Assembly: GCA_964019335.1 (NCBI GenBank)
Contig: OZ025721.1
Location: forward strand, 310,001 to 374,000
DNA length: 64,000 bases
Reading direction: 5' to 3'
Source: Diplonema japonicum
Taxonomy: Eukaryota; Protista; Euglenozoa: Diplonemea
The translations under genes were made by a program, and so were the position numbers. The notes under the pieces are model-generated. The model did no database searches and was not told where the DNA came from. It saw only the letters and a list, made by a program, of their open reading frames with translations. Of this stretch, positions 1 through 10,447 are shown piece after piece. The number at the start of each line of letters is the position of its first letter. The stretch's first letter is position 1.

Positions 1-3000
1 CTCCGGGTATGGTACAGTGTCAATTGCAGCCCCAGGTTCAGCGCTTTCAGTTCGCATCGGTAGGCCGAAGTCACTGCTCCTCCGCTCTTGCGTGCCTGCT
101 TCGGTGTGTCAGACCCGATCCTTATCACAGCTGCCGAACCGCCGTTCCTGTGTCCGGTGACTGACCCGTCGGTGTAGACGATCACATCTGGGATGCCGTG
201 CCTCCTGATCGATTCGAAGGCCGCTCGGAGTTTGAGACTTTTTTCGTCCTTCTTGTGTACCTTGCGGACTAGGTCGGGGTGGAACAGGACTTTGGGTTGG
301 ACCCATGGAGGGAGCTGCAGGTCTGCGCTCTGAGTGACTGAGTGGTGTGGTAGGTCTTCGCGTTCCGGCATCCCGTGACTCTTCGCCAAGTCGAGCGCGG
401 TGTTTCGCCAGCTTTTCCCGTACCACATCTGACCCCCGGATATCTTTGTTGCCTTCTCCGCTGTCGTCCCTGGTTGACGCTGTGCCTTCTCGTAGAGCAC
501 CAGGGTGTCGTGTTCCAGCAAGGATTCAATCTCCCAGATGCCCGCCTCTGACCTGGTCACCGTCGCGGAAGTCTTGTCGAAGCATCCCGTTATCAACCTC
601 GCTGCTGTGTATTGTAGCGAGTCGAACTCGGCCAGAGCAGCATGTCCCACGAAGTTGCCGTAAGCACCGAGACAGTAGCGCAGAACCGGTTGGACGTACG
701 TCAGGTACAGCGTCCTTAGGGTGTGCTTGCGGCAGCCCCACCTTGTTCCGGCGAGTTTGCGCAGCAGGCGAAGACGGCTGTTGATCTTTCCCTTCACCTT
801 CTGCACATGCTCGTGGAAGTTCATGCTTTCGTCGAAGGTGACGCCAAGATATTTAGCCTCGCGTACCACCTTGACTTTCGCCCCACTCGAGGGGAAGCGG
901 GCGTTGATGAGGTTTGCGAGACTGTCGTGCGAGTTCCAGAACTGTCCCTCTACCGGCATGAACTCTGTCTTTTCCTGGGACAGTTTCATCGAGAACGTCT
1001 CGCACCATCGCTCCGTGAGGCTCACCGCGCGTTGCACCTTCTTGTTCAGCTCGGCAGGACTCCCCGCCTCCAGCACTATCGCTATGTCGTCTGCGTACAC
1101 TACCGCGTCGATTCCAGCCTTCCTGTACAACCTGGCCAGGTCGTTGACGTAGATGGAAAAGAGCTGCGGGGCCAGGATGGTGCCTTGGGGTACGCCCCCT
1201 GTCATTGTCTTCACGCAGCCGTGTTCCCCGTTCACACAGACGGAGGCTTTACGTTGGTCGAGGAAAGAGGTGATCCATTTCACGAGCTTGGGAGGGTAAC
1301 CGTCGCCTATCAGCTTTGCGATCACTCCCTTGTGCCAGACTGTGTCGAAGGCTCCTTTGAAGTCGAACAGCAGGAGACCCCCCAGACCTTGGCTCAGCCT
1401 GACACTTTTGAGCTTTGAGGCGGCGTACAGCACGTTTTCCTCCGTGGACCTCCCTTTCCGGAAACCCGCCTGCGATGTGTGCAATTGCCTTACCCGTCCT
1501 GTGTCCTGCAGGAAGCACATCCTGTCCTTGACTATTCGCTCCAACGTCTTCACGATGTTTGACGTCAGCGCGATCGGCCTGTACGAGGCGGGTTCGGATT
1601 GGTCTTTGCCCTTTTTCATGAGGGGGATGATGGAAGACCGCCTCCATTCGGCAGGGACGACACCGGTCTGGAGGGATGAGTTGTAGAGGAGGAGTAGAAC
1701 TTCCCTGGCCACCGGTCCCAGGTACTTCAGCATTTCGTTGTAGATGCCGTCTGGGCCCGGAGCCTTGCCCTTCTTCAGCCTTCGCAGCACCGAGTCCAGC
1801 TCGTCCTTCGTTACCAGGGGGAAGTCGTTGTCTGTCCCGGGCTTCGCGTCCTTCTTGATGGTGGTGATCACTTCCTCCGACTTGGCAGTCGTCCTTGGGG
1901 AGCAGGCCCTCGCGTAGTGTTCGACGAGTACACTGGCCTTCTCCCTGTCGGTGGTGGCGATACCGTTTCCTCGTCGGAGCGGGGCTATTGGTGGCTTCTC
2001 GCTGCGACCGTCGAATCTGCGGATGACCGAGAAGGCTTGCGTCAGGTTTCCGTCCTTGGACAACTTCTTGGTGTAGTCGCCCCAGGCAGCCTGCTTCCCG
2101 CTCGTTATCGCCCTGTCCAGCTCTGCCTCCATCGCCGCTAGACGTGCCAGGTCTTCGTCGTTCCCGTCGTGATCCTCGGACAACAGCTTCGCCTTCAGTG
2201 TGCTTCGTCGCCTTGCGAGTGCGTCAATCTCGTCGTTCCACCAAACCTTCCCTTTCTTCTGTCCTTTCCTGGGGACGCACGATTCGGTTGCCGATAGAAG
2301 AAGCGTGCGAAACTCAGCGTTTAGCCTTATCGGGTCTCTGGCCCTGAGCAGCCTGCTGCACTTTTCTTCCATCGTCTCCCTGTACACGCTCCTTGCCTCC
2401 CTCCCCCAAGAGTAGAGTACTCTTCTGGTCGGTTGGCTGACTCCCCCTCTCAGACTGAAGAACATCGGAACGTGGTCTGAGCCCATTGCTGGCAACGTCC
2501 TCCAAGAAGATTTGTCGAACTCTGCGCCGCTCATTACCATGTCCGGAGAGGTTGGGTTTCCTGACGGGTTCAGGATCGTGGCTTCGCTGCTCTTGTTCCA
2601 TGTGCTGTAGCCCCATCGCAGCATCCAGCTGTGCAGTATTTCTCCCAGCTTATTCGGTGTGCCCCTTTTGTCCCACATCGTGTGGTGGGCGTTCATGTCA
2701 CCGGCGATGATGGTGTGACTGTCATGAGGCAGCTCTGCCGGGCGGAAATATTTCTCGGGGGGTGGTCTGTCGTCGCCGTCTCTACCCGTTGTCGGAGGCA
2801 GGTACAGGTTGACGAGTCTGTACGGCTTCCGGTTGGGCAGCGAGATCTCTACGTCGAGTCTTTCCGTCACGTCGCTGGGTTTCTGAAGAACTTCGATCTG
2901 TTTCGACGGTATCGATTCTCTGACCAGTGTGACGAGACCCCCTCCGCTGATTTGCTTTCCTCTTTTCACCGGTCGTGTTCGGTCTCGGCGGTATGCCTTG

Positions 3001-3497
3001 AACCCAGTGAAGACTCCGGTTATATCTTTCGACGGCCTCAGGAAAGTCTCTTGGAGTAGGAGCACGTCGATGTTGTGTGTCTCAATGCCCTTCAGCAGCT
3101 GCGCTGTGGTGCTCACCGTTAGGGATCTGACATTGAGAGACAGTACGTTGATGTTGTTAGGTGGTGGTGTTGTGTTGGAGTGTGCCTGTGAGAGAGAGGA
3201 AGTAGAGGGGACGGGAGGGAGAGAGTGTTCAACTCTTGTTGTCTTTTCGGTGGTTGGACCGGGGTTCGCTTCTATGTCCCCGCAGCTCAGTAAGTGTTTT
3301 CCGTGCGGACCGCTGGCTGCGGGATTTCTGCGAATGTGAAGATTGCCTGTGTGGTCACCCCTAGGTCCAGGCCTTTGGATACTGGGTAATACTTCGTCAC
3401 CGGTGACGGGAGTTTGTGAGTGCTTGTTTGGGGAGGAATTGTGCGTGGAGAGAGGGAAAGATGAGGGTGATGTGGTGATGATGTGCTGCCTTTGCGG
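1..3497 (-). CDS. Retrotransposon ORF2: 2A peptide + AP endonuclease + reverse transcriptase + RNase H (partial, open off the left edge; no in-frame ATG before the endonuclease)
   Basis: Manual translation shows the frame open from 3497 (after TGA 3498-3500). Motifs: LLSCGDIEANPGP (3255-3293); APE VLSLNV, DVLLLQET, GGGL, NLYLPP, AGDMNAHH, SDH; RT KAPGPDG, SYRPIALTS, QAGFRKGRST, FDFKGAFDTVWH, GVPQGTILAPQLF, YADD, KYLGVTFD; RNase H YTDGS. It is absent from the ORF track because it has no stop inside the window. Confidence 0.93.
3255..3293 (-). other. 2A (StopGo) ribosome-skipping motif LLSCGDIEANPG|P
   Basis: Minus strand tta ctg agc tgc ggg gac ata gaa gcg aac ccc ggt cca matches D(V/I)ExNPGP. 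It is in frame with the APE domain and lies ~33 codons upstream of it, the position known for L1Tc and other APE LINEs. Confidence 0.88.
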
Positions 3498-3647
3498 TCA
3501 CCCCAGCTTCCAGGGCTTGAGAAGCTGGGTAGTACTTCATCTTCGTTTAGATGGGGTGAAGTGTTGGGGGTTTGGGAGTAGGGGTAGGGAGTGAGAGACG
3601 GTGTGGGAAAGGGGGTGAAAGGGGTGTTGAATGAGATTGCACGGCCC

Positions 3648-4869
3648 TTAGTACTGGCCTTCTACCTTCCTTTTTACGGGAGGGTTCACCTTGTGCAGGG
3701 GCGTTGTCTGCGAGGGGGTGGTGTGTAGGGTTGTCTGCCTAGTTGTGGCAACTCCTACGAGCCTTTCGGCTGGTGGGGGGGTGTCGTAGCATAAAGGTGC
3801 TACGGTACCCTTTCTCTCCGGTGTCGCAGCGTGCCTGGGGCAGTCTGGGGTGTCAGTCCCCTCGTCAGCGCCATCGGTGGACGGCACGTGTCCCCTCTGT
3901 TCTGGGGACCCGTCTGCCTCCTCGGAGGTTCCTGGTGGGGGGGCTCCTGTAGTCAAGTGGATGAGTAATCTGTTCATCCCTTGCTTCAGCTCCTCCACCG
4001 ACCGCTCCGTCCTCTCCGATGACGCCTTCAAGGAAGAAATCTCCCCCCTCAGGCCACCAAGCTCGCCCTCCACCAGGCCCACCCTCCTGTTCAGCTCCTC
4101 AGTCCTCTCGTCCGTACGCACCCCTCTCATCTCCACCTCTTCCACCTTCCTCTCGCACGCCTTCTCCCACAGCCCGGCCTGTTCCCTCGCCTGCTCCAAC
4201 TCGGCAATCCGCCTGTCCATGGCTTCCCTCCAACCCCAGTCGTCCTCCATCCCGCCTCCCTCTTCCTTCTCGGCGCTCTCCAGCGCCTGGATCCTCGCCT
4301 CCAGCTTCTCCTCTCTTTCCCTGGCCTCGGCCTTCCTTTTTGCGGCTTTGGCCCCCTTCTCCTCTCTCGCCTTCTTCTTCCTCCCCTCCTTCTCGTCGGC
4401 CAGCTCCCACACCTGCGACCAGCTCGCCCCCCCGAACTCCCTGCGGAAGTCTATTTTGGTCCCTCTACGAGACCCACCCGGTAGTTTCCTTTTAAAGGAT
4501 CCCTTCTGCTCCTCGAACACCACCTTATGGGTAGTGTCTCCGTCCCTCACTGAGTAGGACTGAAGAGGGGGAGTCCCTGTGGTTACGATGGTGCCTAGGA
4601 CACCGTCGAACCTCATCGACTTCCCCAGTCCAGCCTGCGCAATGAAGGCCGCCCACGTGGGCTTGGGGGCGAGCGGGGCTACGACTGCGTCGTAGTGCTT
4701 CCGGGTGGGCTTCGTCTTGGGGGTCGTCTCGGGGGGGGGTCTTTCTGATCACCACCTCGGTGGTTTGCAGCACTAGCTGCGGCGGGTCTTGGTCGGGCTC
4801 GCTCCCGTCCGGTAGGGGCCCCTTGGAGGCGCCCGCCTTGCTCGGCTTCGTCATTTTGTCACTTGACAT
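3648..4869 (-). CDS. Retrotransposon ORF1-like coiled-coil protein (~406 aa if the C9 run at 4731-4739 is really C8)
   Basis: Track ORFs 4525..4869 and 3648..4616 join by removing one base in the G9 (minus-strand C9) run. The central part has long E/K/R/L heptad-like stretches (LEARIQALE, MDRRIAELE, LNRRVGLVEGELGGLRGEISSLKASSERTERSVEELKQGM) and the tail is P/T-rich. It lies directly upstream of ORF2. Confidence 0.65.
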
Positions 4870-4876
4870 TTTTTAT

Positions 4877-4911
<35 letters not shown>

Positions 4912-5459
4912 CCTTCCCTACCTTTATTTTTTAATAATAATAATAATAAATGAACCACTGACGTGCGAAGCAAAGGCTGGGGGGGGGACAGAACAGGTGG
5001 ACCAAGGGTCTCCCTGTATCTAACGAAAGGGGGAAAGGAATGAGATAACCTTGAAACTTCCGCTAAACTATCCATACGTACCGAGGACGGAGGTGGGGCC
5101 GGTTCGTGGGCTCCAGTGTTCGCGACTTCGCCCACCTCCGTGACCCCGGCAGCTCTCCAGCCCGCTTCCCAAGCCAGCACCCTTCGGGCGAACCTCCGGG
5201 TTTTTGAGGAGTGGGGTACCTCGTCCGTGCTCGCCCTCACGAGCGGCACACTGGCACGGAGGCATCCCCTTCAGCCAGCTTTGTTGGGCGGCGGAGCCTT
5301 AGAAAATCAAAACAAAGGAAAATGATACGGGGGGATGTGTGTGAAGGGGCGGGGAAAGGTGAAGACAGAAGTTGGGGTGCACGACAGGGTAATAATGGGA
5401 AACACTGGGGGAGGGGGAGAGGGTTCACTAGTACTTTTTGGTTCACTTTTTTCTGTTCC

Positions 5460-6656
5460 TTTTTTTTTTTTTTTTTTTTTTTTTTTTCTTTTTTTTCTTT
5501 TTTTTTTTTTTTCTACGTCCTGCGATTGCGGTCAGCGGCTCGGCGGTCGTGAGAGTCTCAGATGAGGTCCATCCTCTTCAGGTAGGAGGCGGTTTCACTC
5601 ACCCTCATTGTGAGCATCTCCTTCGTGGTCGTGGGGATGTCATCCCCGAAGATCTCTTCGCGGACCTTGTCTCCAGCTGGGCACCCGATCAGCAGATGGT
5701 GTCTGTCCTGGATCGAATGGCACGAGAGGCAACGTATGTCATTCTGGACGGGTTTCGACAGGAAACCGCAAGTCAGGTGGCTCCTGCCCGTTCGCAGTCT
5801 CGTTATCTGTACCTCATCGTGTCTGCAGGACAGTTCCTTCAAGGGGAGGTACCTCGCGCCGATCTCCTCTCGGTACTTCTTGTCCCGACCTGTCTTCTCC
5901 CACGAGGCTGCCCAGTCGCGGTTCACCGACCTCTTGATGAGGCTCTTTGTGGTCATCAGGTCCGTCGGGCCGTCCGGTGTCGACTCCTTTGCGGCGCGTT
6001 TGGCGTGTCGGTCGGCTTGCTCGTTACCTGGTAGGCCGCAGTGTCCGGGAACGTACTGGATGATGGTGGAGAGGCCTTGGCGGTCAAGCGCGTCCAGCCA
6101 TTTCCAAGCCAGCAGTTCCTCCATCTGCCTCATCTCTCTGTGGCCCTGCATCAGTCTTCTGATCACCGACTGGGAGTCCGAGCACAGCAGCACTACTCCG
6201 GTCGTCACACCTTGTCTCCGGGTATGGTACAGTGTCAATTGCAGCCCCAGGTTCAGCGCTTTCAGTTCGCATCGGTAGGCCGAAGTCACTGCTCCTCCGC
6301 ACTTGCGTGCCTGCTTCGGTGTGTCAGACCCGATCCTTATCACAGCTGCCGAACCGCCGTTCCTGTGTCCGGTGACTGACCCGTCGGTGTAGACGATCAC
6401 ATCTGGGATGCCGTGCCTCCTGATCGATTCGAAGGCCGCCCGGAGTTTGAGACTTTTTTCGTCCTTCTTGTGTACCTTGCGGACTAGGTCGGGGTAGAAC
6501 AGGACTTTGGGTTGGACCCATGGAGGGAGCTGCAGGTCTGCGCTCTGAGTGACTGAGTGGTGTGGTAGGTCTTCGCGTTCCGGCATCCCGTGACTCTTCG
6601 CCAAGTCGAGCGCGGTGTTTCGCCAGCTTTTCCCGTACCACATCTGACCCCCGGAT
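5460..6656 (-). mobile_element. 5'-truncated copy A2 of family A LINE (RNase H + C-terminal Zn finger, short 3' UTR, A-rich tail)
   Basis: ~99% identical to A1 over 6216-6656. ORF 5558..6643 has YTDGS, RCELKAL, CSDSQS, YVPGHCGLPGNEQAD, RLRTG and C-x2-C-x7-H-x4-C. A T-run at 5460-5512 is poly(A) on the minus strand. The 3' UTR may instead extend to ~4931. Confidence 0.9.
5558..6643 (-). pseudogene. RNase H / Zn-finger C-terminal fragment of ORF2 (copy A2)
   Basis: 361-aa open frame with RNase H catalytic D/E/D/D motifs; truncated upstream at 6656. Confidence 0.85.
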
Positions 6657-6663
6657 TTATTTT

Positions 6664-6843
6664 TTTTTTTTCAAAATACCAATAGGTGCCACCATGGGGA
6701 GCAACACCTGGGAAGGGGAAAGGTGAAGGGAAGCATGGAAATATTACAGGGAGGGCGAAGACCAGTTCTTCTGCAATCAGATGGAGCTGTGGACTCCGCC
6801 AACCCGTGCACCTGTTTGGAACAGCCGAAGAGGGCTGAATTAC
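6664..6843 (-). repeat. Conserved ~180-nt 3'-terminal block of family B LINEs (second copy 8523-8699)
   Basis: Shared CAAAATACCAAT, GAGCAACACCTG, AACCCGTGC and ACAGCCGAAGAGGGCTGAATTAC, while most of the rest of the two 3' UTRs is barely alignable. Confidence 0.8.
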
Positions 6844-7381
6844 TTTAATTCCAAGCCGCGTAGACCTACGTGACTCGGACGGGGACCTTGACCCCAGTTC
6901 GTCGTTTTTCTCAACTGGGACCTCTGGTGACCGGAACTGGCCCCGGTCGCCCCCTCGAGAGGGATTTGCTCCATTGAGCGAAACATGAAAGGGTGAGAGT
7001 AAAATCTCTCAAAATCAAAAGGGGAAGCGAGTGTGCGTGTGCGCATGGGGATGATAGGGGAAGCATTTGCTCTCCCCGCTGCACTCCGGCTGGCGGGGGG
7101 AGGGGATGGCCGTACCACACTCGTTCGTGCGAAGATGAGAGGACTCATCTGGGCAACTTCAGAGTAGGCCGGGCCATCCGTTTTTGACTACAATGTCAGG
7201 GCACACGATAACAAGAGGATGTTAATTTTAAAAATTTAAAGTTTAAAGGGGGACGGGCATACTGGTAAGAGAAAGGCCAGACGCCGGATGATGATAAAGA
7301 AAAGGATGAGAGGGAGTGGAAGAGAGGGGAAGGGAACGTAAGCACTAAAAGAATTGAAATGTTGATCTCACCCTACTCACT

Positions 7382-8491
7382 TCAGCGCAACACGGGGGCC
7401 GCAGGGCCGGCGTCAAGGGAGACAGCCGGCGGGATGAACGAAGGGGCAGCGGTACCTGCCGTTGCCGCAGACGGCGACGTGAAGACCCCGGATCTGGCCC
7501 AGTCAAGCAAGCCAGAGTCGGCGATGAGGGTGAATACCTGCGTCACGCGTTTTGACAGGCACTCCACCAGCGAGGGGCGTCCATTGGGAGCGTCGAGCGA
7601 ACCCCGTCCAACCACAGCGCACCCCCCAACAACGTGCTCCCTGGACATCTTTGCTCCACACGCTGGGCAGCTGAGCTCAGCCTTCTTCCTGTTCGGTCCA
7701 GCCGCCTGCAGGAAGCCGAAGAAGAGAGCGGAGTGCCCTACCCTCAGCCGCGAGATGACCGTCTCCGCAAGCCTGGGGAGGGACTGGGGGAAGCACGCCG
7801 CTCGGGGCCCCGTGGCCCTCGCGTATCTCGGGGCCACCTCCCCGACAATGACCGCAGACCTCTGCTGAATCTGGCGACGGACCAGGGCCCTGACCGACCT
7901 GTAGTCGAGAGAGGGGCGAGTCAGCTCGCGCTTCGTGCCCTCCCCGGCCAGCCTGTCTGCCGCCTCGTTGCCAGGAACCCCGCAGTGGGACGGCACAAAC
8001 TGGAGAATGACTGGTGCACCTTGTGCACGTGCCGCGGCCACCAGCAGTTCCCAGGTCTCGTGGTCGAGCCTCTCCCTCTGCCGCGAAGGACCTGCCCTCA
8101 GCTGATCAAGGAGAGAGAGCGAGTCGGTACAGATCGACAGCCGGCTGTCTGCCAACGTGGGGTGCTCGCTCCGGAGCGCGGCCACCATGTCCAGAGCCAC
8201 CTTGACAGCCAGACCCTCCGCCCGAAAGGAAGAGCAGAAATTGCTGACGCCGAAGCTCTCGGACACGGGTTCGTGGGGGCGGGGGAGCTGCAAGAAGACC
8301 CCGGCACCGCCCCTCCACCTCTGGCGGTCCCGTACGACAGAACCATCCGTATAGGCATGGATACCCGGTGGAAGGGCAGCCAGAGCCTCCACGGCCGCCT
8401 TCCGCTTATCCACGTCCGGCGACGAACGCGTGACCCTGCCGGGAAGGGCAGTTCTGAACTCCACCAGGAACGCGTGCCACGGTGCTACTAC
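7382..8491 (-). pseudogene. RNase H / Zn-finger C-terminal ORF2 fragment (copy B)
   Basis: Open frame with RNase H motifs, homologous to copy C and clearly diverged from family A. Confidence 0.85.
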
Positions 8492-8503
8492 GTGATTTAT
8501 TTT
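8492..8503 (+). repeat. Target-site-duplication word GTGATTTATTTT (also 10448-10459; 10-mer core at 6654-6663; TTTATTTT at 4923-4930)
   Basis: The same word is read directly at the element junctions. Confidence 0.75.
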
Positions 8504-10447
8504 ATTTTTTTTTTTTTTTTTTCAAAATACCAATGCAGGGCCGCCACGGAGAGCAACACCTGAGAAAAGGGAAAAAAAGGTGAAGGGAAACCATGGGGAA
8601 ATAGGGAGGGCAATGGACCAGGCTTCTGCAAGCAGGAGGAGCCCTGGTCCCCCACCAACCCGTGCTCTGCTTTGGGACAGCCGAAGAGGGCTGAATTACA
8701 TTATTCCCTCAGTCAAGTGAGAGAAAAACGGGGGCCTACCTTCCAGCTGGATGTCCTTCTTTGGCTGGAACCTCCGGCGGAAAGCCCCCCAGGGAGGTAT
8801 TGCTCCTATTGAGCGAATCATTGGTGAGTGTGAAAATAAAAAAAGGGGAAATGGGAAACAGTGAGAGGAAGGGGAAGGAAGGGAAAGGAAGGGAAAGGAA
8901 AGTGGAAAACACAACATTTCACTTTACACACACGCGGGGCGATCCCTTAGCGCAGCACGGGGGCCGCGGGACCGGCGTCAAGAGAGACCGGAGGAGGGGG
9001 CGGCACGTTTGAAGGTGCAGTGACGTCTGTAGACGCCAGGGATGATGGCGAGGTGAACAGTCCGGAGCGTGACCAGGCGAGCAGGCCAGACTCAACAACG
9101 AGGTCGTAGATCTGGGTCACGCGTCTCGACAGGGAGAAGGCTAGGGAGGGAGTACCAGCAGGAGTGTCGATCGCCCCCCTCCCGATCACAGGGCACCCAC
9201 CGACAACATGCTCCCTGGACATCGGTGCTGCGTGGCAGGCTGGGCACCGGAGCACACCCTTGTGCTTCCTGTTCGGGCCAGCAGTCTGCAGGAAGCCGAA
9301 GAAGAGAGCCGAGTGACCAATCCGCAGCCGCGAGATGACCGTTTCAGCTTGTCTGGGGAAGCCAAGGGGGAAGTGCGCGGACCGAAGCTCGGTCGCCACC
9401 GCGTAGTTGTGGGCGAGGGATGTTATGAGCTCCGCGGACCTCCGCACCACCCACCGTCGCACCAGGGCCCTCACTGATCGGTAGTCAAGGGAGGGCCTGT
9501 CCTGCTTCCGCTTCGTTCCCTCCACGGCCAGAGCGTCAGCCTTCTCGTTCCCGTCCACCCCACAGTGGGAGGGCACAAACTGGAGGACCACCGGTGTCCC
9601 CTGCGTGCGCGCCGCGGTCACCAGCCGGCTCCACGTCTGGTGGTCGAGCTTCTCCCTCTGTCGCGTTGGGCCAGCTCGCAGCTGCTCGACGAGGGAGAGG
9701 GAGTCGGTGCAGATCGACAGCGGGGACTTCGCCAGCGAAGGGTGTGTTTTTCGGAGGGTAGCCCCATATCCAGCGCCGTTTTCACAGCCATGCCCTCTGC
9801 CCGAAAAGATGAACAGAAGTCGTTGACGCCATGGCACATAGACACAGGGGTCAGGGGGGGAGGCAGCTGCAGATAAACCCCAGAGCCACCTTTCGCCTTC
9901 TGTCCGACCTGTACAACCGAGCCATCCGTGTAGGCATGGATGCCCGGGGGGAGGGCCGCAAGAGCAGCCTCGGCCGCCTTCCGCCTGTCCGCGTCTGGCG
10001 ACGATCGCGTGACCCCGCCGGGGAGGTCAGTCCTGAAGTCGACCATGCCTGTCTGCCACGGGGCCGCCAGGGGCGTAGCCGACAGGTACTCGAAGTGCAC
10101 CTTTGGTTCCAACCCGCATCGACGCAGTGCTTGGTAGCCAGAGCGCAGCCACCCACACCCCAGCCTGTTCGCCTGCTTCAGCTTGACCGTCTCCCTGTGA
10201 ACCGGGGAAGACTGCCAGCAGAAGGCCTTCGCCGTCATCGTCGCCGCAGCACCCTCCGCCATTCTTTCGAGGGGAAGCAGTCCTGCCTCAGCTAGGAGCT
10301 TGTACCCTCCGGAGCCACTCCAGCAGCCCGTGATCAGCACCGCCGCCTCCTGGTGAAGCCCAGCCAGGTCCTTCCTCCCGACATCATCGAGCCTGCTGTA
10401 GTAGACCCCCATGCAGTAGCGCAGCAGCGGGAGGATGTACGTAACGT
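8504..10447 (-). mobile_element. 5'-truncated LINE, family B (diverged copy C): RT thumb + RNase H + Zn finger, 3' UTR, poly(A)
   Basis: Begins VTYILPLLRYCMGVY (RT thumb region). RNase H motifs HAYTDGS and FVPSHCGVDGNEKAD. T-run at 8505-8522. Flanked by the identical 12-mer GTGATTTATTTT at 8492-8503 and 10448-10459. Confidence 0.88.
8947..10445 (-). pseudogene. ORF2 C-terminal fragment of copy C with a 1-nt frameshift near 9763
   Basis: Track ORFs 9618..10412 and 8947..9837 join at ...ALDM[V]ATLRKTHP, by comparison with copy B (ALDMVAALRSEHP). Confidence 0.8.

Larger units (their letters stand above)
1..4922 (-). mobile_element. Near-full-length APE-type non-LTR retrotransposon (Ingi/I-group-like, family A, copy A1); 3' end lies left of the window
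   Basis: Contains ORF1 (coiled coil) followed by a 2A-APE-RT-RNase H ORF2 that runs off the left edge. Bases 1-441 match 6216-6656 with ~3 substitutions. The 5' boundary is approximate (~4922, or ~5459 if the structured spacer belongs to this copy). Confidence 0.9.
6664..8491 (-). mobile_element. 5'-truncated LINE, family B (copy B): RNase H + Zn finger, ~710-nt 3' UTR, poly(A)
   Basis: ORF 7382..8464 has HAYTDGS, AEGLAV, ICTDSLS, FVPSHCGVPGNEAAD, RLRVGH and CPAC-x7-H-x4-C. T-run at 6660-6671. Flanked by GATTTATTTT at 6654-6663 and 8494-8503. Confidence 0.88.

Noticed and set aside
3497-3541. SECIS-like reading (AUGA..hairpin..GA) beside in-frame TGAs
   Set aside because: Helix arm lengths do not fit the SECIS quartet geometry, and ORF1 ends in TAA.
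347-10295. Plus-strand ORFs over the LINEs (723..1418, 3850..4557, 7634..8563 etc.)
   Set aside because: Antisense shadows of GC-rich retrotransposon coding sequence.
1-10447. HeT-A/TART-like telomeric retrotransposon array
   Set aside because: No telomeric repeats are visible. The poly(A) ends point away from the gene-containing side, opposite to Drosophila arrays if the left were the chromosome end. TSD-like words indicate internal insertion.
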